DNA of 63,908 bases, filler included, from Craspedostauros australis (lineage: Eukaryota), in assembly GCA_030167865.1 (NCBI GenBank). It is 13 parts of 13 records of this genome, joined end to end, with 100 filler letters (N's around TTAATTAATTAA, not from the genome) between each part and the next. Parts side by side here need not be neighbours in the genome. Positions count along the whole stretch, not along the records: positions 37,718 to 53,113 come from JALAGF010005214.1; positions 53,214 to 54,679 come from JALAGF010005215.1; positions 54,780 to 56,915 come from JALAGF010005217.1; positions 57,016 to 58,462 come from JALAGF010005220.1; 9 more parts are not named here. The stretch is one strand, 5' to 3'. Below, in pieces: positions 46,741-58,562 of the stretch. The notes beneath the pieces are model-generated. The model was not told the DNA's origin. It saw only the letters and a program-made list of their open reading frames with translations, and searched no databases. Within the stretch, counting starts at the first letter, position 1. The number at the start of each line of letters is the position of its first letter. Position numbers and translations under genes: made by a program.

Positions 46741-47375
46741 CACGGATTTGATTGCATGGAAACACGTGCTTGCTATATGTGAAACGTTATTCAGTTGCGA
46801 CCATACTCCAGAGAGTAATCCCAAAGCGCAAGGAAGATCACCACACGACTTCAATGCGCACAGTTACATCCATACACTTGGACTCTCTCCGGGCGATGGA
46901 GTAAATATCCGGGTCTTCATAATTGTAGGTCTTCGAAACATTTGGGTGACGAATGAGTCACGATAAAGTCTCATCGTTTGCACTCGCCCGGGCTAGAGGC
47001 CAGGTGCCAGGATGTTAGTCTTTCACATCGGCGTCTTGGATTCGGTCTCTACCAATAGAGACAGACAGACAGACAGAGAGAGAGCAGCGGTCGAACATTT
47101 ACTGTGACAACCCATGAGACTGAAAAGCTTGACGACTGATTGAGCCAGGTTGCATGACTACGTGCTTTTACCATGCTTGATTTTGCCTTCAAACGCAGTA
47201 TGGTATTATACTTGTACACCTACTATACCATACGTACGGCACTAGTGCGTATGGCGAAACCCTATCCGTGTTGCTTTGGCGACTGAAGGTCCAATCACAG
47301 ATGGAGATAGAGCACCAATGATTCAACAGTAATGACTCCCTCTGCAGCGACATTTCCGTTGACACATCAAGATCG

Positions 47376-49592
47376 TCACTTCCACAACGTCGCGATGCCC
47401 TTCTTCAGCGACTTGTCATTGCTGAATGCCAACATGATTCCCTTGTGAGGATGGTGCTGCAGCGTCGTGATTTCGGGCGGGATCTTCCCTGTCTTCGATG
47501 CCGAAGTGTCCATGCCAAAATCCCGAATGGTCTTCTCCAATGTGCCCGCGAGGACGTCGAACACCAGGCAATCCCCATCATCCGTGGCGGCGAACAGGCT
47601 GTGCTGGGAGTTGCTCAGGCATGCCGCGACCATGACCTGCCCGGGCTTTTCCGTCTTGTAGGTGACCTTGATGTTGCCCCTGGTGTCAATGAAATGCGCA
47701 TGATGGGTGCGCGATACAACGATGAGGCCCGAACCTTGCTTGACGCTCCCGGCATCCGGGTTGTTGACAGGGAGGACCGCAAGGACAGCATGGCAATCCA
47801 CGGATGCCTTCGTATCCTGCAGGCTGGATGGATCGACGACGAGCGACGGTTTCTCCGGATGCAGCATGTGCTGTGCCGGTTGCACAACGTAGAGACAGTC
47901 GGCGGAATGCGCGCTCCACAATCGTAGCGTTCCATCGCTGGATCCCGTAACGACTTGCAGCGCAGGCGAGTTATCGTCGATGCTATCATCGTCATCGCCG
48001 TCGCCGGTTGGATCGTACGCCGGTGATGATCGATCCACGATGTACTGCGCGGTGGTGATGGTGGCGATGTGTCCCTGGAACTCCTTCAGCATGCGGCTCG
48101 TGCGCAGACCGAATTCACGCGCGATGCCGTCGTACCCGGCAGATAGAACCCGCGTGCCGCTGGGGTTGAAGGCGAGCGATGCGATGCCATGATCGTGGGC
48201 TTGAAATTTGCGCAAACATTTCCCATTGTCGATGCGCCATACCTTGACGTATCCCTGCTTGTCGCCCGTTGCGAGGAGCGCCGAATCGCGGCTGATGGCC
48301 AGCGCTGTGACGGCCGAGTCGTGCCCGAGAAGCTCTTCGTCCTTCTGGTAGCGCAAGTCCATGCGCAGTTCGGTGAATTTGGAGGAGGGATCCCACAGTT
48401 CGACGAGTCCGTCGGATGATCCCGTGACGAGGGCCGATGCATCCGGAAGGAAGATGGAGCTTTCGCAGGTTGCGCCCTTGCCGAATTTGACCGTCGACCA
48501 TGGATCCAGCGGGATCTTTTCACGCTTGCGTCGTTTGTGATGCTTCGCCTTGCTGGCCTTGCTGCTCTTGTTGGTGCCGTCCGCGTCGTCGTGGTCCATG
48601 TCGTCATCCAACTCCTTGCTGCCGACGATCCATTCGTAGTCGACCTCCCCCATGACCAGATCCACGCGATCGGTGATCTTCCGCTTCTTCGATTTCGTTG
48701 GTGATGCTTTGTTTGCCTCCTGCTCATCGCTGCCATCATTGTCCACACCGCCATCTTCATCATCGCCCATGGGGTACAGCTCGGCACGGGTCTTGGGCCA
48801 GTTGGCTGTGTAGGTTTGCCACTTGGTCGCATGCTGCAGCAGCTGCATGAGTCGGTTGGCGGGAATGCGCGGTATTTTGGAAAGCCGTTGCGCAACCTGC
48901 AATCGCCGCTGCTGCTGCGTCATGGCGGTGCCGAAGAAATCCTTGGGCTGCTCCTTGCCGGCGCCTGCAGCAGCGTAGGCAGCCAAGCGCTGTTCGAGCA
49001 GTCGGTACCTGGGAATGGCGTTGTCGGCGGCCTTCTTCTTCGTGCTGGAGGAGGCATCGTCGGCGGACGCTTCGGGCAATTCGAACAAATCCGTCTGCTG
49101 CTGGCAGACCTTGAGGATGGCGTAGGCCACGTCGAAATCGCCCTGCACTGCCGCATCGAGAATCGCCAGCTCATGGACGTCCGACAGAAGTTGCTTGTGC
49201 TGCTTGCGCTGATGCTTGAGGAGCATGGTGTCCTCGCCATCGCTCGCTGCTGCTGTCGCTTTGGAGCAGTCGTCCAACAGGTACATCGTCTGCAGGACGT
49301 TGCCCCATTGTCCCGTGAGTGCCCACGGACCGAGATTGGAATGTGTGGCTCCTCGCAGGCCGATTCCGGACTCCTCGCGCAGAGTTCTGGCAGACTTGGT
49401 CAAGCCATGCTCCAGCATGTACGCCTCCATCAGACGGATGGCATCGGCATGCTCAATCTCCCAGAATCGCTTGCTCTCGGTGTCCGGTCCTGTCGAGATG
49501 TGCTCCGTCTTGCTGCGATTGCTGCCGCCGCTGCTTGACTTCGACTTGGACTTCTTGGATGACTTCTTCTTCTTTGACGATGATGACGGCAT
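47376..49592 (-). CDS. SMU1: WD40 repeat splicing factor SMU1-like
   Basis: LisH (DAIRLMEAYMLEHGLTKSARTLREESG), CTLH, IPANRLMQLLQHATKWQ. WD repeats LVTGSSDGLVELWD...DLRYQ, GKCLRKF, GLRTSRMLKEFQGH. Ends HHPH...LWK. Confidence 0.9.
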   Translation of the reverse strand: MPSSSSKKKKSSKKSKSKSSSGGSNRSKTEHISTGPDTESKRFWEIEHADAIRLMEAYMLEHGLTKSARTLREESGIGLRGATHSNLGPWALTGQWGNVLQTMYLLDDCSKATAAASDGEDTMLLKHQRKQHKQLLSDVHELAILDAAVQGDFDVAYAILKVCQQQTDLFELPEASADDASSSTKKKAADNAIPRYRLLEQRLAAYAAAGAGKEQPKDFFGTAMTQQQRRLQVAQRLSKIPRIPANRLMQLLQHATKWQTYTANWPKTRAELYPMGDDEDGGVDNDGSDEQEANKASPTKSKKRKITDRVDLVMGEVDYEWIVGSKELDDDMDHDDADGTNKSSKASKAKHHKRRKREKIPLDPWSTVKFGKGATCESSIFLPDASALVTGSSDGLVELWDPSSKFTELRMDLRYQKDEELLGHDSAVTALAISRDSALLATGDKQGYVKVWRIDNGKCLRKFQAHDHGIASLAFNPSGTRVLSAGYDGIAREFGLRTSRMLKEFQGHIATITTAQYIVDRSSPAYDPTGDGDDDDSIDDNSPALQVVTGSSDGTLRLWSAHSADCLYVVQPAQHMLHPEKPSLVVDPSSLQDTKASVDCHAVLAVLPVNNPDAGSVKQGSGLIVVSRTHHAHFIDTRGNIKVTYKTEKPGQVMVAACLSNSQHSLFAATDDGDCLVFDVLAGTLEKTIRDFGMDTSASKTGKIPPEITTLQHHPHKGIMLAFSNDKSLKKGIATLWK

Positions 49593-50423
49593 TGTACTCT
49601 ACTGTGTGCTACTGTGTGACGTTGCTCAGAGGAGATTAGCCCACTCTGCTCGCTTGCTTCGTGCGTGACGACAAGAGGGTGGAGAATAGGATAGGGGCGC
49701 TTCTATCTTGCTTCGAGTATCGCAATGGCCGCAACAACGAAATGCCCACCGACGGTTGCTTTGATGGTGTGGGAGAGGGATCGTGGACATGTTCGTTGTT
49801 GGGGATCCGTTCGTATTTTGATGGGTTCATTTTTTCTGGATTGGTTGCGAAATCATTGGATTCGTGGATCATGATGCCGACGGATGGGCGGCCAGACTCT
49901 TTGTCGACCGCATTTCAAAAACGGCTGATTGAGATGAAACAATGTGCTTGATTCAAGGCGCGTGATCGCTGAAATTTGCTATGGATCATACTGACCTCCA
50001 ACCTGATACTATGTGATGTGATGTGCTCGTATGGAATCGATACCGTTGATGACTTCGATATGATCGGTATGATCAATCCACAACAATTCAGTCGTCTTCG
50101 ATTTTGTACAAGTCACCGATGTGGCGCCAATGTTCATGCGAGCCAGTTGAATGGTACATGTCGCCATCGTATCCATACCATTGTCGGTGCCATCACTTGA
50201 ATAGCTGGCTGTTGTTGGCATCACTTGAAAGGGCGTGCCTTGAATAGTGCAGCTGCATATTCGTGACGGTGTTCATGAGCACTCAAGATGGCTCTTTCTG
50301 CAGAGTATCGTGCTGTCGCCAGACAACATCTTCACATGCATTCAATGCACCGAATGAAAGGCCTGCAACTGTTTCTTCTCAAGAATAATGCTACCACTAG
50401 CATCAGCATCACTATCATCGACA

Positions 50424-51338
50424 TCACTCGCGGATGATCGACAGATCGAAATGAATCGGCGCCTTCAAACGAGTCAATCCGCCTTGGGGTGTCGTCGGCA
50501 GCGTCCAGATCTCATTGATGATCCGGAACGACTCATCATCCTCGATGAAGGCCCAGTTTGTGTGCTGCGTGCCCCAGAACTTGGCCGGTCGCTTGTAGTT
50601 GTCAATGAAGAAATCCGGTCCACCGGCAGTGCCTGCGGCCCATCCCACGGCGCCTTGCGTCATGATGGGGCCGTGGCAACCGCAATGCTTATCCCATGCG
50701 GGACAATCGTTCTTGACGTCGTCCAATCCGGCGGGGCAACCACCCAGCACATCATTGGTCGGAATATCCTTGTTGGCCAGGACGCCCTGCAGGATGCCCG
50801 GCTTCTCGGCGCGGTACAGGTTGCATCGGTTGCAGGCACCGCTCTCCACGAGTCGGTGGATGTAATCCACGGATCCTGCAGAAAGGTCCGGTCGCAGCAC
50901 GAATTTGAGGTCTCCCAATTTCGTGGAAAGGACCAGGATCTCTTTCGTGTCGGTCCTGGCTTCCTGCGCATGCCCCCCGTCACTCGCGCTGAGCTCCTCT
51001 GAGCCCCCATTCATCGCATCGTCGCGAGCGTGCGATGGCGGTCGAAGATCCCGATGTCGTGGGCTTCGCAGCAGGCCTTCTCTCGATTTCGAATCGGGCA
51101 CAATCTGATGCGCCGCATCGTCTTGCACGTGCGGCTTCCTTTGCAGCTTCTGATGGAAGGCCTCCTGCTCGGCAATCATGGCCTGATCGTAGAAACGCAG
51201 GAGCCAAACGCCCGCGAAGACGACCAACGGAGGTGACAGCATCAGCAAGCAGAGGCATACTTTGGGAAGGGGTCGTCTCTTCTGCTGATGTCGCGACAAT
51301 GGTGCTGTCAAAGTTCGTTTCTTCTGCAGCAGCGGCAT
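50424..51338 (-). CDS. Membrane-anchored cyclophilin-like domain protein
   Basis: N-terminal TM helix. Domain ILVLSTKLGDLKFVLRPDLS...LYRAEKPGILQG...GAVGWA...GGPDFFI...HTNWA has a cyclophilin-like pattern with non-canonical active-site residues. Confidence 0.75.
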   Translation of the reverse strand: MPLLQKKRTLTAPLSRHQQKRRPLPKVCLCLLMLSPPLVVFAGVWLLRFYDQAMIAEQEAFHQKLQRKPHVQDDAAHQIVPDSKSREGLLRSPRHRDLRPPSHARDDAMNGGSEELSASDGGHAQEARTDTKEILVLSTKLGDLKFVLRPDLSAGSVDYIHRLVESGACNRCNLYRAEKPGILQGVLANKDIPTNDVLGGCPAGLDDVKNDCPAWDKHCGCHGPIMTQGAVGWAAGTAGGPDFFIDNYKRPAKFWGTQHTNWAFIEDDESFRIINEIWTLPTTPQGGLTRLKAPIHFDLSIIRE

Positions 51339-52563
51339 TATTGAAATGTGCCACGTCGCCTCGCGTTACGTTACGTTACGTTGCGTTCTGTAATGCGATG
51401 TGTGTCGTGTGATGTGTGACGATGTTGTGGTGCGTTATTGTGGTGTTTGTCTCCGAACAGAATGTTGGTGACGGCAGGTTCACCATTGTGGACTTGTTCT
51501 GTTCTGGCGATGTGGGACTTCTCATGATGCTGACCGTTGGACGTTGGACGTTGAACGCAACGAATGAGAAATGCACATAGCTATCGCATATACATATTAT
51601 ATCGCACCTCCCTGAAATTCGAGAATGACAGACGAATGTCCACTTGAATCGCGCAAAAGGAAAAGCTGAATACAAAATGCTGAAAAAGTGGACCGGGCCA
51701 CACACACTCCGATTCAACATGGGTCAACTCAATCCAATAGAGCACACTTACCATACTGCACTTCCTATGAGTACCCACGCTCTTCACATGGTGATACTCC
51801 CACCAATGTTATACCTACTCGTACTCGATCAGATGTTGCTCATGACATCTTTCACCTTCCACGGTGAGCAGTGACCGTGTTGATCAGATCCTTCCAACTG
51901 AGGTTTTCCTGTGATCCCAGAAAAACCCGAAATTCCTTTGATCGGTTGGAAGTGAATGGTTCGTGCGATACTGCCGCAACGTTCAGTCTTACTCTGCGAG
52001 TAGACCAAGGTGCGAGTGAAGAGAGATACAGACACAAAACGATACAGCCGTTGCTCAAGTCTCACAACTTGGGCACTTGTATTACTCGACTGCCGCTTCC
52101 CGTGTGTTACCATGCATCGCATCACCATCCATCGCATCACCATCCATCGCATCTCACGGACTTGCATCGCATTGCCCCACACCCTACCATACTCGTCCTG
52201 CTACACATGCTGCCATCATGCTCGTACTCGTACCAGACTTGCAGCACTCCTTGGCGCTCCATCATTCGCACATCGCTCATCCAACGACAATAACAACAAC
52301 AACAAAGCCCATCAGAGACAAAGCCCACAAAATACAATCCGCTTGTAAGTCCACAATCATGCATCTCTCAGCTGTTGCCCTGACTTGACCATGAAGATCA
52401 TTCAACGCCGTTGGCACAGAGCCATGGCTGCTCTCACGACCCCTGTCTTCGCCACACTCGCATCAAAACTCACGACTCCGCAACAACGATGGTCAGAAAC
52501 GACCATCCCTTGTCCTCTTGCCACCCACTATGCATCCATACAGCCTCTCCATGAACACGAAGA

Positions 52564-53113
52564 TGAGCGCACACAGTGAATCGAAACCACATGCAGAAAA
52601 CATGGCGGAGAGTGACCCATATCGATTCCTGAAGGCGAACGATGAAGCTCTGAGCGAGCTGAAGAAGCAGCTGGTTGATCCAGCATCGCCACTCTCATTC
52701 AGTGACTTCGACAAGCAGCTCAATGCCATCCTCACCAAGAACCGAACTGCCAAAGCCACCTACGACTCTGAGTTTACGGATGGTCAGGATGGCACCAAGC
52801 CAGCCAACAAGATCCTTTACGATGCCATCCGATGCGAGGTGCTCTTCAACGACCGTGGGATCTGGAATCACAAGCTGGATGAGGCCACGATGAGAGAGAA
52901 GTTGAAGCCCCACCCTCAAGAACTCCACAAGGGTGTGCAAGGTGCGAGATACATGATCATTGGAAGTGTGAGAGGCTTTGACCGCACTCCGTCTCAGGTC
53001 TCCTCTGATTGCGAACGTTTCGTCACCACGTTCCCATCCAACCTCCTTTTCAAGTGGCTCAAATGGGAGGAACATGCGAGCAAGATCATCGGTCACATCC
53101 ATGAGCCAGACCA
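52564..53113 (+). CDS. Hypothetical protein, 3'-truncated by the scaffold end
   Basis: Open frame with coding-like composition (SDPYRFLKANDEALSELKKQL...). No family recognised. Confidence 0.5.
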
Positions 53114-54779
53114 NNNNNNNNNNNNNNNNNNNNNNNNNNNNNNNNNNNNNNNNNNNNTTAATTAATTAANNNNNNNNNNNNNNNNNNNNNNNNNNNNNNN
53201 NNNNNNNNNNNNNCGGTTAATCCACGTTTACGTTACTTACACCATGTGCTTGTCCAATCCGTCATCGACGTCACGAAATTGGATACTTCGTCATGAAGCA
53301 CCAATGATATCACGATGCACAACATCATCAGGTCTGCTTCGTCGTGGCGAAGTGATTGAGTGGGGTTGGTACTCCTCGAGTGTTTTGTGTCGTGGTCTTT
53401 TTGGACAGTCGGTACAATTGGAGGTAAATATCCACATCCCCCAACATGTGAGGCCGGTTGAGAGTGGCAAACTCGACACACCAACATGGAAGTGGAGCAA
53501 CACCAAAAAAAATACCACAATGGCCATCGAACGGTATGCTTGGCGCCGCAACAACCAGCCGGCCAATTCAAGATCCAAGAACATCGCCGTCACCTCCACG
53601 CAACGTTTGGTGGGTGGACGAACGGAGGCGGGAAGAGGAGTTGATTTGGGGCCGTCGTAGGCCCCAGAAATACGATCACGATTTGGCCCCAAATCGGCTC
53701 GTTGGTTTTGGCCTGTGTATGGCACACACAGGCCATATCAGCGCCTACAGATACGCAAGACGCCTCAGGAAGGCCAAGACAAAGGCACCCTCGAAGTTTG
53801 AGGCTCGCGGAGCACCGGGAAGGTGTCCGCACGGAGGAAAAGGTGGTTCTGAGGAGTTTTGGTTGAGGCTTGCGCGGCACTGGTCGCGTGGCTTTGGCTG
53901 CGAGGAGCGATGGGACGACGCCCCTCAATCTCCAAGGCCCCCATACAAGATGCGTGCGGCATCAATTGAAGATGCACGTCGTGAAGTATGCTCTGCTGAA
54001 GTTGTCTGAAAGAGGCTGCAGCCGACCATATCTGCAGAATGGTCATGTTTGGTTGGAGCAAAAAATGCACCACCACATCATCATCTGGAGGTGTATCACG
54101 TCATCCATGCACTCCCAGCCCATTCTGGATGCATCCGCGTGTCGCCATGGAGTGTGGGAATGCACGAGGAGTGCTTGGAGGGGCTGAACGGATCGTATGG
54201 ATGAGGTATGGATCCGTATCCATACCGCATCCGGATTGAACACGTTTTTTGGCAATTGCTCTGTTTCAGTGTGTGGCTGCATTGCTGCATGCAGAGCCAA
54301 TGTCTGTGGCCAGCCTTCATGGAGTNNNNNNNNNNNNGGTATGCAGAGCGAATGGTATGCACAGTTTGCTGAAATACAAGGATGATGATGATGATCATGT
54401 GTGCTCATTGGAGGGCAACATTGTGGCATCAACAATTTTTTCCGAATCCACCACACAAACACAGCAAACCAACATGATTTCCAAATATATTCTATACTCA
54501 TTTAACTTTGATATTCTGATTAACAGATAGCCAGGCATCTGAGCGCAATGTTTAGATTTAATTTTAAACGATGTGTTGTTGAGATATAGCATGACAAGCA
54601 GATATTGGATGTGCTTTTTGGACGGCCTCTAGACTCGTTTTAGTAGCATGGTCTGCCACCCACAAAACTCCACAACTAGNNNNNNNNNNNNNNNNNNNNN
54701 NNNNNNNNNNNNNNNNNNNNNNNTTAATTAATTAANNNNNNNNNNNNNNNNNNNNNNNNNNNNNNNNNNNNNNNNNNNN

Positions 54780-56915
54780 CGGGTGAGTAATGCTCTTGGA
54801 AGTCTACTCCTGCGACTTGTGAATAGCCACATGCAACAAGCCGTGCTCGATGTGTGCCGTCACACTTCAGCTTGAAGACCCATTTGCACTTGCAGCATCT
54901 GCGGCCGTGTGGGATGGCGTCTCGTTTGATCTTGCTGTACACTTTGCGTGTATCCATGGAGTCGAACTCCTTCTTGATGGCTGCTCGATATCNNNNNNNN
55001 NNNNNNNNNNNNNNNNNNNNNNNNNNNNNNNNNNNNNNNNNNGCTGCTCGATATCCCTTTCGATGGATGGGATCTGGGTGATTGAAGGCTCCGTCGAACG
55101 TTGTAGGTTCGATGTGCTTCTCTGGTGCCTTGTTCTCGTCCTGCATCGATAATCCGATATCGATCGCTGGTGTCTCGATGATGATTGCGTTCATCCCGTA
55201 TAGTCCTGTTGTGCTATGGTGAGTGATTTCGATCTCTCCTTCATCCATGATTTCTTCATCATCTGTAGTTTCGTTGTTGGAATCATCGATCATCTCGTCG
55301 CTGAGTTCGTCACTCGCCTCATCGGATGATGGATCGCTTTCATAGCCTTCTTCCTTTCGACCTCGTTCGTTGAAGTCTGCGAGCTCACGTAGAGCTCTGG
55401 GAATACTCTTCCCTGCAGTTGACTTGGGATTAGCTTCTCCCTTCCTGCCTCGTGCTTCATGACGTCGGATTCTCTCCTTTCTAGCTATGTCACGCTTGCT
55501 TGGTTTGCTTGGTGGAGGTTTGGATGGTATGTCATGTATAGACCTCGCTGGTGTATTCGGAGGGGTGACGCCTGTGTCATCATCGGCCTCGTCGCCGGAT
55601 GGTAGGATCTCGTCATCCTCATGATTGGATTCGCTCCGATCTTCCTCGTCATTGTGGACTAGTTGAGTCACTACTCCGTCGTCCTCATTATCCTCATCAT
55701 CGCTGTCTGATAGGATGTAGTACCTGTTGCTATCAGCGAAAGATACTCTCTTCGCATCCGATGTTTGACGCGTTGCCGTCCTTGGCGTTGCTCCCTTCCG
55801 TCCAATGGTTGTGAAGCCGTCTGCGTCCGTTGTTTCTACTTCGTTGGATATGTTCGGCGCTGGTGCCCAGCCACGGAACTGTCCGTATGATTGGTTGAGC
55901 CACTTGATGTCCTGTGAACAGATGAGTGACTTGGTCGATGGTCTGTACATGTTGTAGACCCCTGATGCGTGTTGGTGTGCATATCCGATGAACACCATCT
56001 CTTCTCCTCTATTCTTGAGTTTGGCGGTGATCCCGCCATAAGTAGTCTTCACAACACCCACTTCTCCAAATGTGCGGAGTGCATCCGCGTATGGTGGATC
56101 GCTTCCGAAGAATTGTCGATGTGGTGACTCCTTCTGGTTCTTCGCTACAGTGATGTTGGCGATGGCAGTGGCAGTGCTCGCAGCTGCTGCCCATAGGCCA
56201 TGCCTATACTCTTCGTCGAGCTGTGCTCCGTTGAGCATGGAGCGGACCTTGGTGTAGAGGTACGCGAACTTGCGTTCTACTCTNCCGTTCTGTTGCGGNG
56301 TGTTCGATGCNNTGAATTCGAATTTCACGTTNAGTCCTGCATCGATGAGAANATCCTGCGTGGANTTGTTCTCTCCGCTGTTGTCACCTCGGAAGATGAT
56401 CTGTTGGTCACCAGTCTGTGACTTGATCGTTTGGATGAATCGTTTGATGTACCCTGGTTGATCACTCTTGTTCTTGAGAAAGAAACTCCAGCAGTGATCC
56501 GTGCAGTCATTCACGATCAGAGTCCAGTAGCGTTTATCTCCGAAGCTTATGTGTTTAATGTAACTAATGTCAATGAAGAGCCGTTCGCCGCGGCGAGTTG
56601 CTCTTGGAATCGTTGCCTTCGGAATGTTCTTCACTCTTGCGTTCGCGACCGCGCAGTCGCAACATACCGGCATCTCGCCGATGATCTTCCATCCATACTG
56701 AGCGGCCGTCCGCTTCATGGTCTCGAGTGGCGCGTGGCCGAGCATTTGGTGCAGGTTCACCGCGCTGATCTCCTTGGATGGATTCTTGACGATGGCTGTG
56801 CAAGCCTTGTCGTCGTCTGTTGGCATGATGAGATGCATCTGCACTCCCGTGATGAATCCGTTGGATGTGGGGAAGACTCGATCGAACACGATCTTCGTTC
56901 CGGATCCGTTGATGA
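54780..56915 (-). mobile_element. Ty1/copia pol fragment: GAG-pre-integrase, integrase, start of RT
   Basis: Motifs LHQMLGH...CCDC, RLFIDIS, RGDNSGEN, PQQNxRVERKF, FIGYA and CKWVFKLKCDGTHRARLVACGYSQVAGVDF. Order is IN then RT; the frame is open. Confidence 0.95.
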
Positions 56916-57015
56916 NNNNNNNNNNNNNNNNNNNNNNNNNNNNNNNNNNNNNNNNNNNNTTAATTAATTAANNNNNNNNNNNNNNNNNNNNNNNNNNNNN
57001 NNNNNNNNNNNNNNN

Positions 57016-57567
57016 ATGATTAAATTTGTGAGAGAACTGCGCTCGGTCCACTGGCAGTGTTGGGTGCTTGGGTTCCCACGTGCGGAAATCAGTGCCATCC
57101 ACTGTCACCGCAAAAATGGCTGAATTGGGGTAGTCCAACGACTTGTTCCAGACGATCTTCTTTGCGCGCAATGCTGCGATGCGTTTGATCCAGTTCCAAA
57201 TTGCTTCGCCTCGGGCATACCGCTCACAGANNNNNNNNNNNNNNNNNNNNNNNNNNNNNNNNNNNNNNNNNNNNNNNNNNCCGAAACGGGAAACGATGAT
57301 GCCCGAGTTCTTTGGATAGAGCCACAGATAATAGAGAGCAATCATAAAGAATGTGAACCCTTTCGTTGTTTGCTCTTTCGTGCCAATCGCAGCTGCAGAG
57401 ATCGTCGTATGACACAAGTCAAACCAGATCTTGGCAACATCAAGCGGATTGGAACCGTAATGTTGTCGGAAGAGTTTGACAAGAGTGCGGTTTGATGTTT
57501 GTTCGGTGTGTTGAATCCCCACCAGCTGAAGCCCGAGCGTGAGAACAGTGTTTGGACTCAAAAACAT
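57016..57567 (-). mobile_element. PIF/Harbinger-ISL2EU-like transposase, N-terminal half
   Basis: FRQHYGSNP..VAKIWFDL, FMIALYYLWLYP (HTH region), VTVDGTDFRTWE (first catalytic Asp), FSHKFNH. Truncated by a gap. Confidence 0.75.
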
Positions 57568-58042
57568 GCTGCAGTGGTTGGTGTGCAATGATTGTCTTCG
57601 TTGCTGTTGCTGTTGTTGCGATGTCTGGTGTTCCTCTTGCTGCTCTTTATGCTAATGCTGATGCTAATGCTGATGCTAATGCTGACGGTAGTTGTACAAC
57701 TTGCAAATCTGATTGAAGAATCAACAGTGTGCCGTGAACGCTACAACCGATGGCGATGCGATCGATCAAAACAACCGAACGCCACGAAATCGCCAGCGCG
57801 CACGAAAGCAAACAGCAACATGTGATCATACTCGTACACAGAGAAATGATCGAGCCAACCCCTTTGGCGACATGTCTCAAACCCGCGAAATCAAATTCAA
57901 TCGCTGTTACTGTTACTCGCTGGGCCCGTGTTCGCGAGTTGCCAACCACGAACATTGCCACTAGTCGCGTTGCTGTTACTGTTGCTGTTGTCAATATGTT
58001 GGAACAGATGATGATGCCATAGTTCATCTCTTCCAGAACAAC

Positions 58043-58459
58043 ATGGTAATGAAAGGAAAACCAATCACAGCCGTTGGTGGCAAGTACAAAGGCCTTATTG
58101 GGTGGGTGAATACCCAGAAGGCACNAACNAAGACTCGCATTCCGGTTATCTTGCAATTGGACAACGGGCATCTGAAGGCAACCGCGATCAGCAAGGACAA
58201 CGTCAAGCGCCGCAAGATCCCAGAGAACAAAGTCGAGGCGATCTTGCAACAGCATGCTGATATCAACAAGCTGGTCGACAAGCTTGCGATGGCGATGTGC
58301 GAGTGCAACATCCTCGACACTGGGGATATCGGAGGCTTCCAAAACATCCTTATTCGGAAGATGAAGCAAGCATCGCAGATCCGTGTACAGCTTGGCGATG
58401 ACGCGGATCATCGCTTCGTTGGTGTTGATGAAATCCCTCGCAATCCGGGCATGGCCTGA
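58043..58459 (+). CDS. Small KOW-like motif protein, divergent from the transposase
   Basis: GKPITAVGGKYKGLIGWV fits the KOW pattern. Helical C-terminus EAILQQHADINKLVDKLAMAMCECNI. Confidence 0.55.
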   Translation: MVMKGKPITAVGGKYKGLIGWVNTQKAXXKTRIPVILQLDNGHLKATAISKDNVKRRKIPENKVEAILQQHADINKLVDKLAMAMCECNILDTGDIGGFQNILIRKMKQASQIRVQLGDDADHRFVGVDEIPRNPGMA

Positions 58460-58562
58460 TGGNNNNNNNNNNNNNNNNNNNNNNNNNNNNNNNNNNNNNN
58501 NNNNNNTTAATTAATTAANNNNNNNNNNNNNNNNNNNNNNNNNNNNNNNNNNNNNNNNNNNN

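Noticed and set aside
43195..49668. Long antisense and alternate-frame ORFs over XPF and SMU1
   Set aside because: These are shadow ORFs expected from GC-rich codon usage of the real genes.
53845..53935. CTGAGGA as a hammerhead ribozyme core
   Set aside because: There is no correctly placed GAAA or stem II/III pairing downstream.
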